This document shows, piece by piece, positions 36,472 to 45,929 of a stretch of 64,000 bases of DNA. Under the pieces are notes generated by a model. That model ran no database searches, had not been told where the DNA came from, and saw only the letters and a list, made by a program, of their open reading frames with translations. How positions within the stretch are numbered: position 1 is the stretch's first letter; each line of letters opens with the position of its first letter. Origin of the DNA: Akkermansia sp. (GTDB lineage Bacteria > Verrucomicrobiota > Verrucomicrobiia > Verrucomicrobiales > Akkermansiaceae); NCBI GenBank assembly GCA_017517805.1, contig JAFWYD010000089.1, forward strand, positions 26,887 through 90,886, given 5' to 3'. Position numbers and translations under genes: made by a program.

Positions 36472-36493
36472 GAGAGTATTAAGATTTTGACTT

Positions 36494-39391
36494 ATGAAAC
36501 GCACTCTCGCTTTATCTTTGATTCTGGCTGCTCTGGTGCTGCCGCTTCAGGCTGTCGAATGGACATCTGATACGACTGGTGACCAGTCAGTTTCGGAAAA
36601 TGTAATAGTAAGTGGTACTGCTTCGGTTGGAAATATCACGTTTAATGGAAGCTCTGAGGTTTCGGGTACCGGCAGCATCGGGGGGGGCGGTAATATCACC
36701 GTCAATAGCGGCACCGTTGTTTTTGATGGCGTGTCGCGACCGGAGGGGTCAGGGAATATTACTGTGGCATCGGGGGCAACGCTGGAAATCAAGAATGGAG
36801 CCCGATTGCTGAAGAACACTCATAATAGTAGCTCAGTTGTTACGGTGAATGGTACCCTGAAAGTGGAAAATCTGGCATATGGTGGCAGTTTGGGGAGTTT
36901 GCATGATAACGTGGCGGTGAATGGGTATACTGATAGCCTTGTCCTGAATGGTAGTGAGTCAGCTGACAAGAGTCCTCGCGTGGAAATCACGGAGTCGGGC
37001 TCGGCCACGATTGGTGCCCGGTTGAACGGATACGGGCGGTATTTCACGTTTGCGGTATCGGCCGGTAAGGATTTTTCGTGGAATGCATCAGGCAACGGCA
37101 ATGTGGTTGCTCAAAGCGGTGCCGGTAGTGTGCTGGTGATTGAAGCAGGGATGGATGCAACCTTCAGCCTGGGGAAGAATATCGGAACTGGCCTTACTAT
37201 CAACAAGACTGGAGAAGGTACACTCGTGCTCAATAGTACTTTGAATATTGATAGCGGTCGTCATATCAACATCAGCAGCGGTACGGTGAAGTTCGGGGCG
37301 AATGCTGCGATTAGCTCTGCTGGTGATGGCTTTTATGTGAATGAAGAAGCCACAATGGACCTGGAGGGTAAGGCCGGTATAAGCGGTCGGGCTGTGACGG
37401 TGACCGGTTCTGTCATCAACGGTCAGAATAACGAGATGACCATCACTCTGGGAGAGAATGGCTCGTTCAGCATTTCGGGCGATGCTACTTCCGGGTACAA
37501 TGGTTCGCTGGTGCTGGCAGAGGGGGCCTCGATTGATCTGGGCGGCTATGTTTTCTACAACTCTATCGATGTTTCCGCCGGCGGAGAGTTACTGAATGCG
37601 CAGAATCACCGTGGCTCGATTATGCTGGGGGTGGATGATGAGGGAATAACCCATGTGGATTCTGGCAAGCTGTCAAGTTATGGCAGTAGCCTGGCCTCAT
37701 CCGGCAGCATAGAAGTGAGCCTGACAGAGAATTTCAGTGTAGAAACTCCGGGTTTCGGGTTGCTGCGCGGTAGATTGTATGCCTCCGATTCTCTTTCTAT
37801 CACAGGTGCCGGGGAGGAATCCGTCTCCGTTTCCGGGTACCAGTCGGAATATGGTGCTTTGAGTGCTCAGAATGGTGATATTTCCATCACGAACGTGTTG
37901 GATGTGACCTTGAGCAATAACGAGGCCGGTGATGCAGCCATGGATGATTACAACCGCGCCGGTGCGTTGAGCGCCACCGGTAACGTGACGGTGGAGGCTG
38001 CCGGCGATATCGTTGTTTCCGGGAACTCTGCAATGGCGAATTATACCTCTGCTGGCGCCATCTATGCCGGTGGTGACCTGAGCCTTTCCGGTGCCAGTAT
38101 CAGTATTGCCGGCAATTCAGTCGGCGGGGATGCGCAGGATTCATTCAGCGGAGGCGCCTTGAAGAGCGATTACGGCGTTATCAACCTTACCAGCTCAGAA
38201 GGCGATATAGATATCGTCAATAACTCAGCAGCCGAAAGCGGTGGTGCCTTGTATTCCTCCGGCGGGGTGGAAATCATTTCTGCGGGTGATGTTACTATCA
38301 CGGGCAATTCAACGGGGATTTCCGATGGTGGTGCCATCTATAGCGATGGGGATGTGACGCTGACCCCTGGAGACGGAGGCACCGTGACTATCAGTAACAA
38401 CACTGCCGGCAATTACGATGCCGGGGGCAATGGTGGTGCCATCTTCAGCAATGGTACTGTGTATATGAGTGGTGGTACCTTTGAAGTTTCCGGCAATTCG
38501 GCTGGCAGTTATGGCGGTGCCATTTATGCTGAAAGCGTGGAGATTTCAGCAGATGCTGGCAATATCACCTTCTCCGGCAACTCGTATGGTGAAGGGGTGG
38601 CCAATGATGTGGAACTTTGTGGTGGTACTGCTGCTCTTTCTGCCTCGAATGGCTATACTCTGGAAATGCAGGGCGGTGTCACTTGTGCCGGTGAAATCGC
38701 CGTCAGCACGGATGCTGATTCTGCCGTGAAGCTGGGAGGAAGCAGCAGTACGGAGAATCTGACTGTGGAGAGTGGCCGTCTGCAGGGTATTACCGATGCA
38801 GAGGGTAACATGGCAGTCATCAATGTGAGTACGTGCGTGACGCTGAGTGATGCTCTCATCCAGGATGTCATCCTGGTGGATGAATATGCCGAGGCCGTCT
38901 GGACCAGTACATCCAGTACCTACGTGTACAACGATGCCATCAGCATGCTGTTTGAGACGCTGGGCGATGATTCTGTGAACTGCACCTCTAGTGCTACGCT
39001 GCTGAGCGGTTTTGCCGTTGTGGGGGGCGACCTGAGTATCGGCATCTCGCAGGCACTTTTGAGCGATGCCCTGGCCGGTGCGGATGGTGCAGCTGTGAAT
39101 ATCAGCCTCACCCTGCTGGAGGAAACGAGTGCCATTGACGAGGAGCTGGGCAGTTTCACCTTCAAGCTGGATGAGGCACTCGCAAGCTGGCTCGAGTCGG
39201 CCAATCTGGATGAGTACGGGTTCTACGATGAAGAAGGGAATCTGCTGGGCATTACAGAGGTGCAACTGACTGAGGCGGGCAATGTAGTGTTCATGATTTC
39301 CGGCCTTAATGCGGTCCCTGAACCGGCCACCACTACCTTGAGCCTGCTTGCGCTGAGCTCACTCTGCGTGCGTCGTCGTCGTCGTTGTTAA
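36494..39391 (+). CDS. PEP-CTERM-anchored surface protein with PATR-type and Pmp-type (GGA[ILV] / FxxN) repeats
   Basis: Signal MKRTLALSLILAALVLPLQA. GTLVLNSTLNI..GTVKFG (autotransporter-associated beta-strand repeat). Repeated GGALYS/GGAIYS/GGAIFS/GGAIYA and ITFSGNS. C-terminus VPEPATTTLSLLALSSLCVRRRRRC. Confidence 0.85.
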   Translation: MKRTLALSLILAALVLPLQAVEWTSDTTGDQSVSENVIVSGTASVGNITFNGSSEVSGTGSIGGGGNITVNSGTVVFDGVSRPEGSGNITVASGATLEIKNGARLLKNTHNSSSVVTVNGTLKVENLAYGGSLGSLHDNVAVNGYTDSLVLNGSESADKSPRVEITESGSATIGARLNGYGRYFTFAVSAGKDFSWNASGNGNVVAQSGAGSVLVIEAGMDATFSLGKNIGTGLTINKTGEGTLVLNSTLNIDSGRHINISSGTVKFGANAAISSAGDGFYVNEEATMDLEGKAGISGRAVTVTGSVINGQNNEMTITLGENGSFSISGDATSGYNGSLVLAEGASIDLGGYVFYNSIDVSAGGELLNAQNHRGSIMLGVDDEGITHVDSGKLSSYGSSLASSGSIEVSLTENFSVETPGFGLLRGRLYASDSLSITGAGEESVSVSGYQSEYGALSAQNGDISITNVLDVTLSNNEAGDAAMDDYNRAGALSATGNVTVEAAGDIVVSGNSAMANYTSAGAIYAGGDLSLSGASISIAGNSVGGDAQDSFSGGALKSDYGVINLTSSEGDIDIVNNSAAESGGALYSSGGVEIISAGDVTITGNSTGISDGGAIYSDGDVTLTPGDGGTVTISNNTAGNYDAGGNGGAIFSNGTVYMSGGTFEVSGNSAGSYGGAIYAESVEISADAGNITFSGNSYGEGVANDVELCGGTAALSASNGYTLEMQGGVTCAGEIAVSTDADSAVKLGGSSSTENLTVESGRLQGITDAEGNMAVINVSTCVTLSDALIQDVILVDEYAEAVWTSTSSTYVYNDAISMLFETLGDDSVNCTSSATLLSGFAVVGGDLSIGISQALLSDALAGADGAAVNISLTLLEETSAIDEELGSFTFKLDEALASWLESANLDEYGFYDEEGNLLGITEVQLTEAGNVVFMISGLNAVPEPATTTLSLLALSSLCVRRRRRC

Positions 39392-39419
39392 TCATTCTTC
39401 AACATTCATACACACTATC

Positions 39420-40889
39420 ATGAAATCCTATTACTATCTCATTCCTTTCCTGGCGCTTCCGCTCCAGGCCATTACGGTGGAGACTCGTCCCACGCACGGC
39501 GTTTTCTATGCCGGTCTTGAAAAACAGGTCTGCATGCAGATTAAGGTTGATGCCGCCGCGGCAGATGTGAACAAGAAAATCACCTCCATGAGCTTCTCGA
39601 CGGGCAAGACCACAAGCCCGGCAGATATCACCAAGGTCCGGCTTTACAAGAGCTCGGAAAATGCCTTTACGCTGAACACGGGCGATACAAATCGCAAGGC
39701 TGTGGAGGTGGCGAGCGGTACTCTGACCAAGGGATCCGTGAATTTCACTACTGATATTACCATTGATACCGCAGGGACTTCCTATTATTGGCTGGTATAC
39801 GACATTGCCGGTCGCGCCAAGGGAAATAATAAAATTGATGGAGTATGCACGGCCTTTGCCGTGGGGGGTGCCACGCTCACCCCCACGCCGAAACTGGGCA
39901 CCCATGTGAAGGAGCGCGTGTACGGCACGGTGTATCCCTTCAAGTACCGCATTGTGCCATATTACCGCACTCACTGGATTAATGTGTGGGCAGCAAATCA
40001 CCTGAATGCAACACATTTCAAGAGCTTCACGGATATTATCCATTTCGGTTATTCTCTGAATGCTGATGGAACAGTTGCCAATCAGTGGTATGCCGGCGAT
40101 GTAGCTGACCCGATGGCGCATGCGGCTGCGGCACGAGAGAAACTCAAAAAATTGCGTGGTACTGCCAAATCCCGCATTATTGCCGGTTTCGGGCATGTGG
40201 ATGACGGGTTGACCGCCTTCTATCGCAACACGACTGACCGCACAGCCCGCAAGGCCATTGCCAAAAATATGGCCAAATTGGTGCTTGAGGGCGGCTACGA
40301 TGGTGTTGATATTGACTGGGAGTACCCGGACAATGGAAATGAATGGGTGTACCTGACCTACATGCTGGCCGATTTGCGCGATGAACTGGCAGGCTCCGGT
40401 GTCTCCATCAGCATGGCCGCAACTCTTTTCTACATGGTTCCCTGGCATGATGCCACCGACCAGGTGGATTTCATCAACACAATGAGCTATGACCAGCAGA
40501 GCACACAGCATTCACCCATGAGCATTCTGCAGGATGATGCCAATCGCTGCGTCAACACCCTCAAGATGCCCAAAGCCAAGGTGGTACTGGGGCTGCCTTT
40601 CTATACCAATCGCTATTACGTCCTCTGGGACCAGGTCGGTTGGAATACGGTGGTGAACCAGTATCCGAATATTTCCCCTTCGGTGAATCAGGCTCAGATT
40701 ACTTCTGCAAATGGTACGACCGGGCATTCCTTCAACGGTGCCAATCTGATTAAGGAAAAGTGCAAGTGGGTGAAGAATAATGGCTATGGAGGCGTGATGA
40801 TCTGGGCATATGATACGGATGTGCAGCTCACGCACAAGATGTCGCTGGGTAAGGCAATGTACTCAGTTATCAAACAGACCAAGCGCTGA
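39420..40889 (+). CDS. Glycoside hydrolase family 18 (chitinase / endo-beta-N-acetylglucosaminidase-like) with N-terminal beta-sandwich domain
   Basis: GH18 catalytic DxxDxDxE motif in YDGVDIDWEYP. Also GGVMIWAYDTD near the C-terminus. Signal peptide MKSYYYLIPFLALPLQA. Confidence 0.88.
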   Translation: MKSYYYLIPFLALPLQAITVETRPTHGVFYAGLEKQVCMQIKVDAAAADVNKKITSMSFSTGKTTSPADITKVRLYKSSENAFTLNTGDTNRKAVEVASGTLTKGSVNFTTDITIDTAGTSYYWLVYDIAGRAKGNNKIDGVCTAFAVGGATLTPTPKLGTHVKERVYGTVYPFKYRIVPYYRTHWINVWAANHLNATHFKSFTDIIHFGYSLNADGTVANQWYAGDVADPMAHAAAAREKLKKLRGTAKSRIIAGFGHVDDGLTAFYRNTTDRTARKAIAKNMAKLVLEGGYDGVDIDWEYPDNGNEWVYLTYMLADLRDELAGSGVSISMAATLFYMVPWHDATDQVDFINTMSYDQQSTQHSPMSILQDDANRCVNTLKMPKAKVVLGLPFYTNRYYVLWDQVGWNTVVNQYPNISPSVNQAQITSANGTTGHSFNGANLIKEKCKWVKNNGYGGVMIWAYDTDVQLTHKMSLGKAMYSVIKQTKR

Positions 40890-40983
40890 GGCCGTTCCCT
40901 GACTAGGAATTGGTTGTTGCGTGATTTTGTCGGGCGGGGTGAAGGCCGCGCCCGACATTCCTGTAGAGGCAGCAAAGCAGAAA

Positions 40984-43900
40984 ATGAGATGGGTGGCACC
41001 AGCCGGATTCGGGGAGAGGAATCGCTATCCTCGGGGATATGCGCTCATTGCCACGCTTATGTTGCTGGTGCTGCTGGCGATGCTGGCCTGCTGTATACTG
41101 GCCCGTGTTGCTTCTTTGAACCGAGTCTCCACGCATGATGTGATTCTGACTCAGGCGCGGCAACAGGCTCTCATCGGGCTGGATGCCGCCATAGCCGAAC
41201 TGCAGGAGGCTATGGGGCCGGATCAGCGTGTATCGGCTTGCTCGGCCATCCTGGCAGATGAGGTAAATGGAGTGCCACCTCATTTGCTGGGTGTGTGGGA
41301 CAGCTGGAGCGCTCCTCTTTATGGCAAGCTGGCAGATGGCAGAAGCATCGGCAGTACCTATTCCCCGGGGCGCAGGTCAATGTTCCGTCGCTGGCTCATT
41401 TCCAGCAGAACCCCGGAGCAGACGAGGGATATTGATGCAGCTGCACAGTTAAGCTGTCGCAAACCCGGAGAGCGTGTCTGCCTGCTGGGGGAGGGAACCT
41501 TGGGGAAGGAGGCTCCGCGAAGCCACCATGTGTATGCCGATTTGTGCTACATGCCGCTAGGCAGCAAGACGCTTGGCTGCTTTGCCTGGTGGGTGACCGG
41601 TGAAAATCAGAAAGCCCGGATTTCTGTTCCCTGTGCTTCGGAAAGCCGCTCTCCCGTGGAGCTCCTGCGGCGAACCTGGGATACGCCGCCTGCCATGCCG
41701 GTGGATTATCTTGGCCCCAAAGCTTTGCTGTCAGCTATGAAGCAGGCGGATAAACTGGTATCGGTGGCGGGGTTGAGCTTGCTGGATGAAGATAATGCAC
41801 CGCAAGCAGAGAAACCCAGCTTCTCAGATTATACAACTACCTCCTGTAGCTTGTTGACCAACGCCGCTCATGGAGGGTTGAAACAGGACCTCTGTCTCCT
41901 GCTGAATAAGGAAAACCTGGATAACACCCCCTTTGCGCCGACCGATGAGAGTGATGCGCCGCTGGTGCCGGAACAATGGTTGCCGCAGAGAAATATGCGG
42001 ATTCCTATCGGTTCCTGGCAGACTCTGCATGCTTATTATAACTGCTGGCCAAATGCAACTCAGAAGGATGCCCATGTAACGACCCGTCTGGTCGGTTCTG
42101 TGCAAGAGCACCATACGCGCTTGGGCGGGAGTGTGTTCGATAGTCGTTTGCAGTATGATACGCCGGCTGAGGAAGTGGCTGAAAGCTCATATCTGGACCT
42201 GCGCTCCCGGCAGAATGGGAATGCGGGGGCGGGATATGCTCGTTCTCCTGTGATGCTGGCATACCTTTGCAATATAGCCATGGGAGTCGAGAAGCTGGAA
42301 AGCGGAGAGAATCAGTTGTCGCTTTATTACAGCCCACTCTTTCTCTGGTGGAATCCGTATAATGTGCCGATGCGGATAGCCGGATGCCGCATGTGGGCGG
42401 TGGCGGCTCCCTTTAAGACGATGCCGCTGGAGTCATTCGCGGATGTGGGACGTTGCGGCCGCAGGTGGTCCGGCTATGGCCTGGTGCGGCCAGGAGAACC
42501 TGTCATACCTGGCGGTGTTCATCCTCCATCCTCCGGGCTGGGGCAGATGAGCAGCCTGGACGCAGGAGAGTTTTTTCAGAACTCCCTGCATGATCCCTAT
42601 GGGGATATTGTCTTTCAGCCAGGAGAGGTGGTGATATTTACTCCCGGTAAAAATAAGTTCGGAAAAGGAAGTGCGGCGGTGCAAAGCTCTACTCCCGGCA
42701 AGAATCCCTGGATTCCCGGGTACCATGCCGATGCTGTTGCTACCTGGTATTCACCGATGTACCGTACGTTTGCAGCCCCCGAACAGATTCGGCGGCAGAC
42801 TATGTTCGGGCTGCGCCTGATGGGGGCTCCGGAGCGTTTGATAGATAGCCGACTCATGGCTGGCGGTGTGCCGGATTGTATCACGGTGGCTCACGGATTC
42901 GGTGGTATTTCCTCTGCATCTCCGGCCCCGCATCCGCTTAATGCGCAGGTGCATGATATCAGCTCTGAAAAAGGTAAGTATATCCATTCTCCACAGCGCT
43001 TTCTGCTGGATTGGTTCGGCGACCCCCGGACATCATGGAATCGCATTCTGACGGAGCCGATGAGCTGGTTCGGAGATGTGCAGAGCCTGAATCATACTCC
43101 CTATTATGTAGCATCCATTGGCGTGGTGGCCAAATCAGCCAACCCATCCGTTGATACAATTGTCTATCGGTCATGTGATTTTCGCACTAAGCATTGGCTG
43201 CACTCCAGCCCGGCGTTCTGGGGGGCTTCCATTCGGCAGGCGGACCACCAGCAGCGGCAATATCATCCCTATCAGCTGGCTGTATTTCCTGTGGAGGGCG
43301 GGATGCTGGCTTCTCCTGTGTTCTCGGTGGGGCGGAACGGGATTATCGGCATCAATGAGTCGGGGGAGCAGGTTTCATTTGCTGCTGTTGCAGAGCTGCC
43401 GGTTCATCCGCCGTTTTCGCTGGCGGGCTTTGCCGGCATGCGCCTCCACCCCGGGTGGTTTCGTGTTGAACCCGGAGAGAATGCAGCGCAGCGGGCATTG
43501 CAGCGTATGCAATATCAGTCAGGCGTACCGGGAGTGGGCGTTGGCAATGCCTTTGCCGACCCCTGCCTTCCGCCGGATAAGGTGTATATCAGCCACGCAG
43601 AAAAAGGCAAGCCGATTACGCTGCAGAATGAGTTCTACGACCATGCGCTGCTGATAAATGATGCTCTGTGGGACCGCTGGTTTTGCTCTTCGGTTTCGGA
43701 TATGCCGGGGGATGATGGTAAAGGAGTTATCCCGGCCAGATACACACTTGAGCAATTTCTTGCGGGGCAGAATACCTTGCCGGTTTCCCGCTATGTGCGA
43801 GCCTGTTCCCCCTTCAGTTCAGAGAAAGCGTTGAAACGCATCATGCAGGGGGATGGATGGAAAGTCATCGCAGCTCATCTCATGGTGAATGGTGGGTTTA

Positions 43901-44727
43901 ATGTGAACAGCACCTCTGTGCAAGCATGGAAGGCCGTGCTGCTGGGGTTGGCCGCCCGGCATCTGGTCACAGCTGAGGGAGGGGGGCTGCGCCTGGTGGA
44001 ACCCGCAAAGCACCCGCTGAATGTCACCTTCTCCCGCTTCATGCTTTCTACCTCGGAGAAAAGCACGGATTCTGTGGCTGCGTACAGTCCGATGCAGGGG
44101 GCAGAAACATTCCGCCCGGGAGCGGCTCCGGGCACATCGGCCTGGAGCGAGGTGCGCATGCTCAAACCGGCAGATATTGCCCGGCTGGCAGAGGAAATGG
44201 TGCGACAGGTGAAGGCTCGTGGGCCCTTCCTCAGTATGTCGGATTTCATCAACCGCCGCCTTGATGAGAAAGGTGGAGAAGCCGCATTGAAAGGAGCGTT
44301 GCAGGCTGCGATAGACCGCACGGATATTAACCGCGATTTTCGGGAGGTGCAGGTTACCCCGCAGCAGGGGGCACTCTATCGTTTCCCCAAGGCAGAGCAG
44401 GGGGATTTGCATACTGCGGCACCCGGTTATCTGATTCAGAGCGATGTGCTGTCCTCCCTCGGTAATATCCTCTGTGTCAGGGATGATACCTTTACTATTC
44501 GCGCGTACGGTTGTGTGCGCAACGAGCAGGGTGCGGTGCTTTCCCAATGCTGGTGCGAAGCCACGGTGCAGCGGTCCATCGAGTATGTGGATCCTGTTGA
44601 TTCTCCAACTGCTGCCGAGTTTGCCGTCAATCTGAAACATACTGCCAGCTTGTCTCCGCTGAATCGCGTGTTTGGTCGCCGCCTCCGCGTTACTTCCTTC
44701 AAGTGGCTTGATATCTGGGATTTGTGA
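40984..44727 (+). CDS. Giant (about 1247 aa) protein with PilX/GspK-like pseudopilin N-terminal anchor; remainder unassigned
   Basis: From the ATG at 40984: ..YPRGYALIATLMLLVLLAMLACCILA....QARQQALIGLDAAIAELQ resembles the PilX_N/GspK N-terminus. I recognise no other motifs. The ORF-track start 40921 is a non-ATG codon. Confidence 0.6.
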   Translation: MRWVAPAGFGERNRYPRGYALIATLMLLVLLAMLACCILARVASLNRVSTHDVILTQARQQALIGLDAAIAELQEAMGPDQRVSACSAILADEVNGVPPHLLGVWDSWSAPLYGKLADGRSIGSTYSPGRRSMFRRWLISSRTPEQTRDIDAAAQLSCRKPGERVCLLGEGTLGKEAPRSHHVYADLCYMPLGSKTLGCFAWWVTGENQKARISVPCASESRSPVELLRRTWDTPPAMPVDYLGPKALLSAMKQADKLVSVAGLSLLDEDNAPQAEKPSFSDYTTTSCSLLTNAAHGGLKQDLCLLLNKENLDNTPFAPTDESDAPLVPEQWLPQRNMRIPIGSWQTLHAYYNCWPNATQKDAHVTTRLVGSVQEHHTRLGGSVFDSRLQYDTPAEEVAESSYLDLRSRQNGNAGAGYARSPVMLAYLCNIAMGVEKLESGENQLSLYYSPLFLWWNPYNVPMRIAGCRMWAVAAPFKTMPLESFADVGRCGRRWSGYGLVRPGEPVIPGGVHPPSSGLGQMSSLDAGEFFQNSLHDPYGDIVFQPGEVVIFTPGKNKFGKGSAAVQSSTPGKNPWIPGYHADAVATWYSPMYRTFAAPEQIRRQTMFGLRLMGAPERLIDSRLMAGGVPDCITVAHGFGGISSASPAPHPLNAQVHDISSEKGKYIHSPQRFLLDWFGDPRTSWNRILTEPMSWFGDVQSLNHTPYYVASIGVVAKSANPSVDTIVYRSCDFRTKHWLHSSPAFWGASIRQADHQQRQYHPYQLAVFPVEGGMLASPVFSVGRNGIIGINESGEQVSFAAVAELPVHPPFSLAGFAGMRLHPGWFRVEPGENAAQRALQRMQYQSGVPGVGVGNAFADPCLPPDKVYISHAEKGKPITLQNEFYDHALLINDALWDRWFCSSVSDMPGDDGKGVIPARYTLEQFLAGQNTLPVSRYVRACSPFSSEKALKRIMQGDGWKVIAAHLMVNGGFNVNSTSVQAWKAVLLGLAARHLVTAEGGGLRLVEPAKHPLNVTFSRFMLSTSEKSTDSVAAYSPMQGAETFRPGAAPGTSAWSEVRMLKPADIARLAEEMVRQVKARGPFLSMSDFINRRLDEKGGEAALKGALQAAIDRTDINRDFREVQVTPQQGALYRFPKAEQGDLHTAAPGYLIQSDVLSSLGNILCVRDDTFTIRAYGCVRNEQGAVLSQCWCEATVQRSIEYVDPVDSPTAAEFAVNLKHTASLSPLNRVFGRRLRVTSFKWLDIWDL

Positions 44728-44781
44728 TATCTCTCCCGGATGTTTGGGGCGGCTGCGGTGTTCTCAGGCATATGGGGAGGG

Positions 44782-45276
44782 TCAACTGGCGGCACCGGCG
44801 ATGAGTTGCAGGGCTTTGGCTGTGACCCGCTCGCGGAATTGGCGGCGGTTCAGGCCGGGGAGGATCAGGGTTTCGGTGTGTACCGGGCGGGCGGCTCCTC
44901 GGCGGGCGATGGCCAGGCAGACGGTGCCGACGGGTGGTTCTCCTTCCGTGGCTGATGGTCCGGCGTTGCCGGAGACGGCCACGGCGATGTCGGCTCCGCT
45001 CTGGCGCATGGCGGCGGTGGACATGGCGGCTACTACGGGCTCACTGACGACGGTGTGTTCCTCGATGAGGGAGGAGGGGACGTTCAAGAGGCGTTCCTTG
45101 GCTTCGTTGCAGTAGGTGACCCAGCCGTATCGGAAAACAGCGGAGGCTCCCGGTACTTCGGTGAGGGCGGCGGCAATCATGCCGCCGGTGCAGCTTTCGG
45201 CTGTGGTCACGGTGAGGCTGGCGGCTTTCAGGTTCTCCACCGCGGCAAAGGCAAGCAGGTCGATTTCCGGGTTCAT
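44782..45276 (-). CDS. pncC: CinA C-terminal domain protein / NMN amidohydrolase PncC
   Basis: 164 aa. TAESCTGGMIAAALTEVPGAS, the YGWVTYCNEAK hallmark, and AVSGNAGP. Confidence 0.88.
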   Translation of the reverse strand: MNPEIDLLAFAAVENLKAASLTVTTAESCTGGMIAAALTEVPGASAVFRYGWVTYCNEAKERLLNVPSSLIEEHTVVSEPVVAAMSTAAMRQSGADIAVAVSGNAGPSATEGEPPVGTVCLAIARRGAARPVHTETLILPGLNRRQFRERVTAKALQLIAGAAS

Positions 45277-45283
45277 GGCTTTA

Positions 45284-45775
45284 TCAGTTTTCGTCGGGAA
45301 CTTGCACGGCTACGGTGGCAAAGGCGGCCATGCCTTCGCGGCGGCCCAGGGCCCCCAGTTTTTCATTGGTGGTGGCTTTTACGCCCACGCGGCGGGGTGC
45401 CACGCCCAGAATCGGGGCCAGCGTCTCCTTCATCTGCTGCACAAAGGGCATGATTTTCGGCGCTTCGGCAATGAGGGCGCAGTCCACATTCACCACGCAT
45501 CCACCTTGGGCATGCAGCAGCTCGACGGCTTTTTCCACAATGCGCAGCGAGCAGATGTTCTTGCAGCCATCATCGCCCGGGGGGAACCAGTAGCCGATGT
45601 CCGGCTCACCAATGGCGCCGAGGATGGCATCTGCCAGCGCGTGGCAGAGCACATCGGCATCGCTGTGGCCTGCAAGCCCCTTGGTGGGGTGTACCTGCAC
45701 ACCGCCCAGCCAGAGCGGACGCTCTGTTTCAGAGAAGCGGTGTATGTCGTATCCGAGTCCTACGAGAGTAATCAT
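45284..45775 (-). CDS. ispF: 2-C-methyl-D-erythritol 2,4-cyclodiphosphate synthase
   Basis: 163 aa. GLGYDIHRF and GHSDADVLCHALADAILGA motifs. Confidence 0.95.
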   Translation of the reverse strand: MITLVGLGYDIHRFSETERPLWLGGVQVHPTKGLAGHSDADVLCHALADAILGAIGEPDIGYWFPPGDDGCKNICSLRIVEKAVELLHAQGGCVVNVDCALIAEAPKIMPFVQQMKETLAPILGVAPRRVGVKATTNEKLGALGRREGMAAFATVAVQVPDEN

Positions 45776-45929
45776 GAGTGGATAATGAATAGTGAATAGT
45801 TTAGCGAGCTTGCGGCTCGTAGAGGTAGAGGGAGCGGAGAGGAGTTACTTTATCCCTCTTGTGCTGAATTGTCTGCATGATGGAGCCAGCGGTTTCCCGA
45901 TATTGTTGCATCTCGTCCATGAGGGGGTG

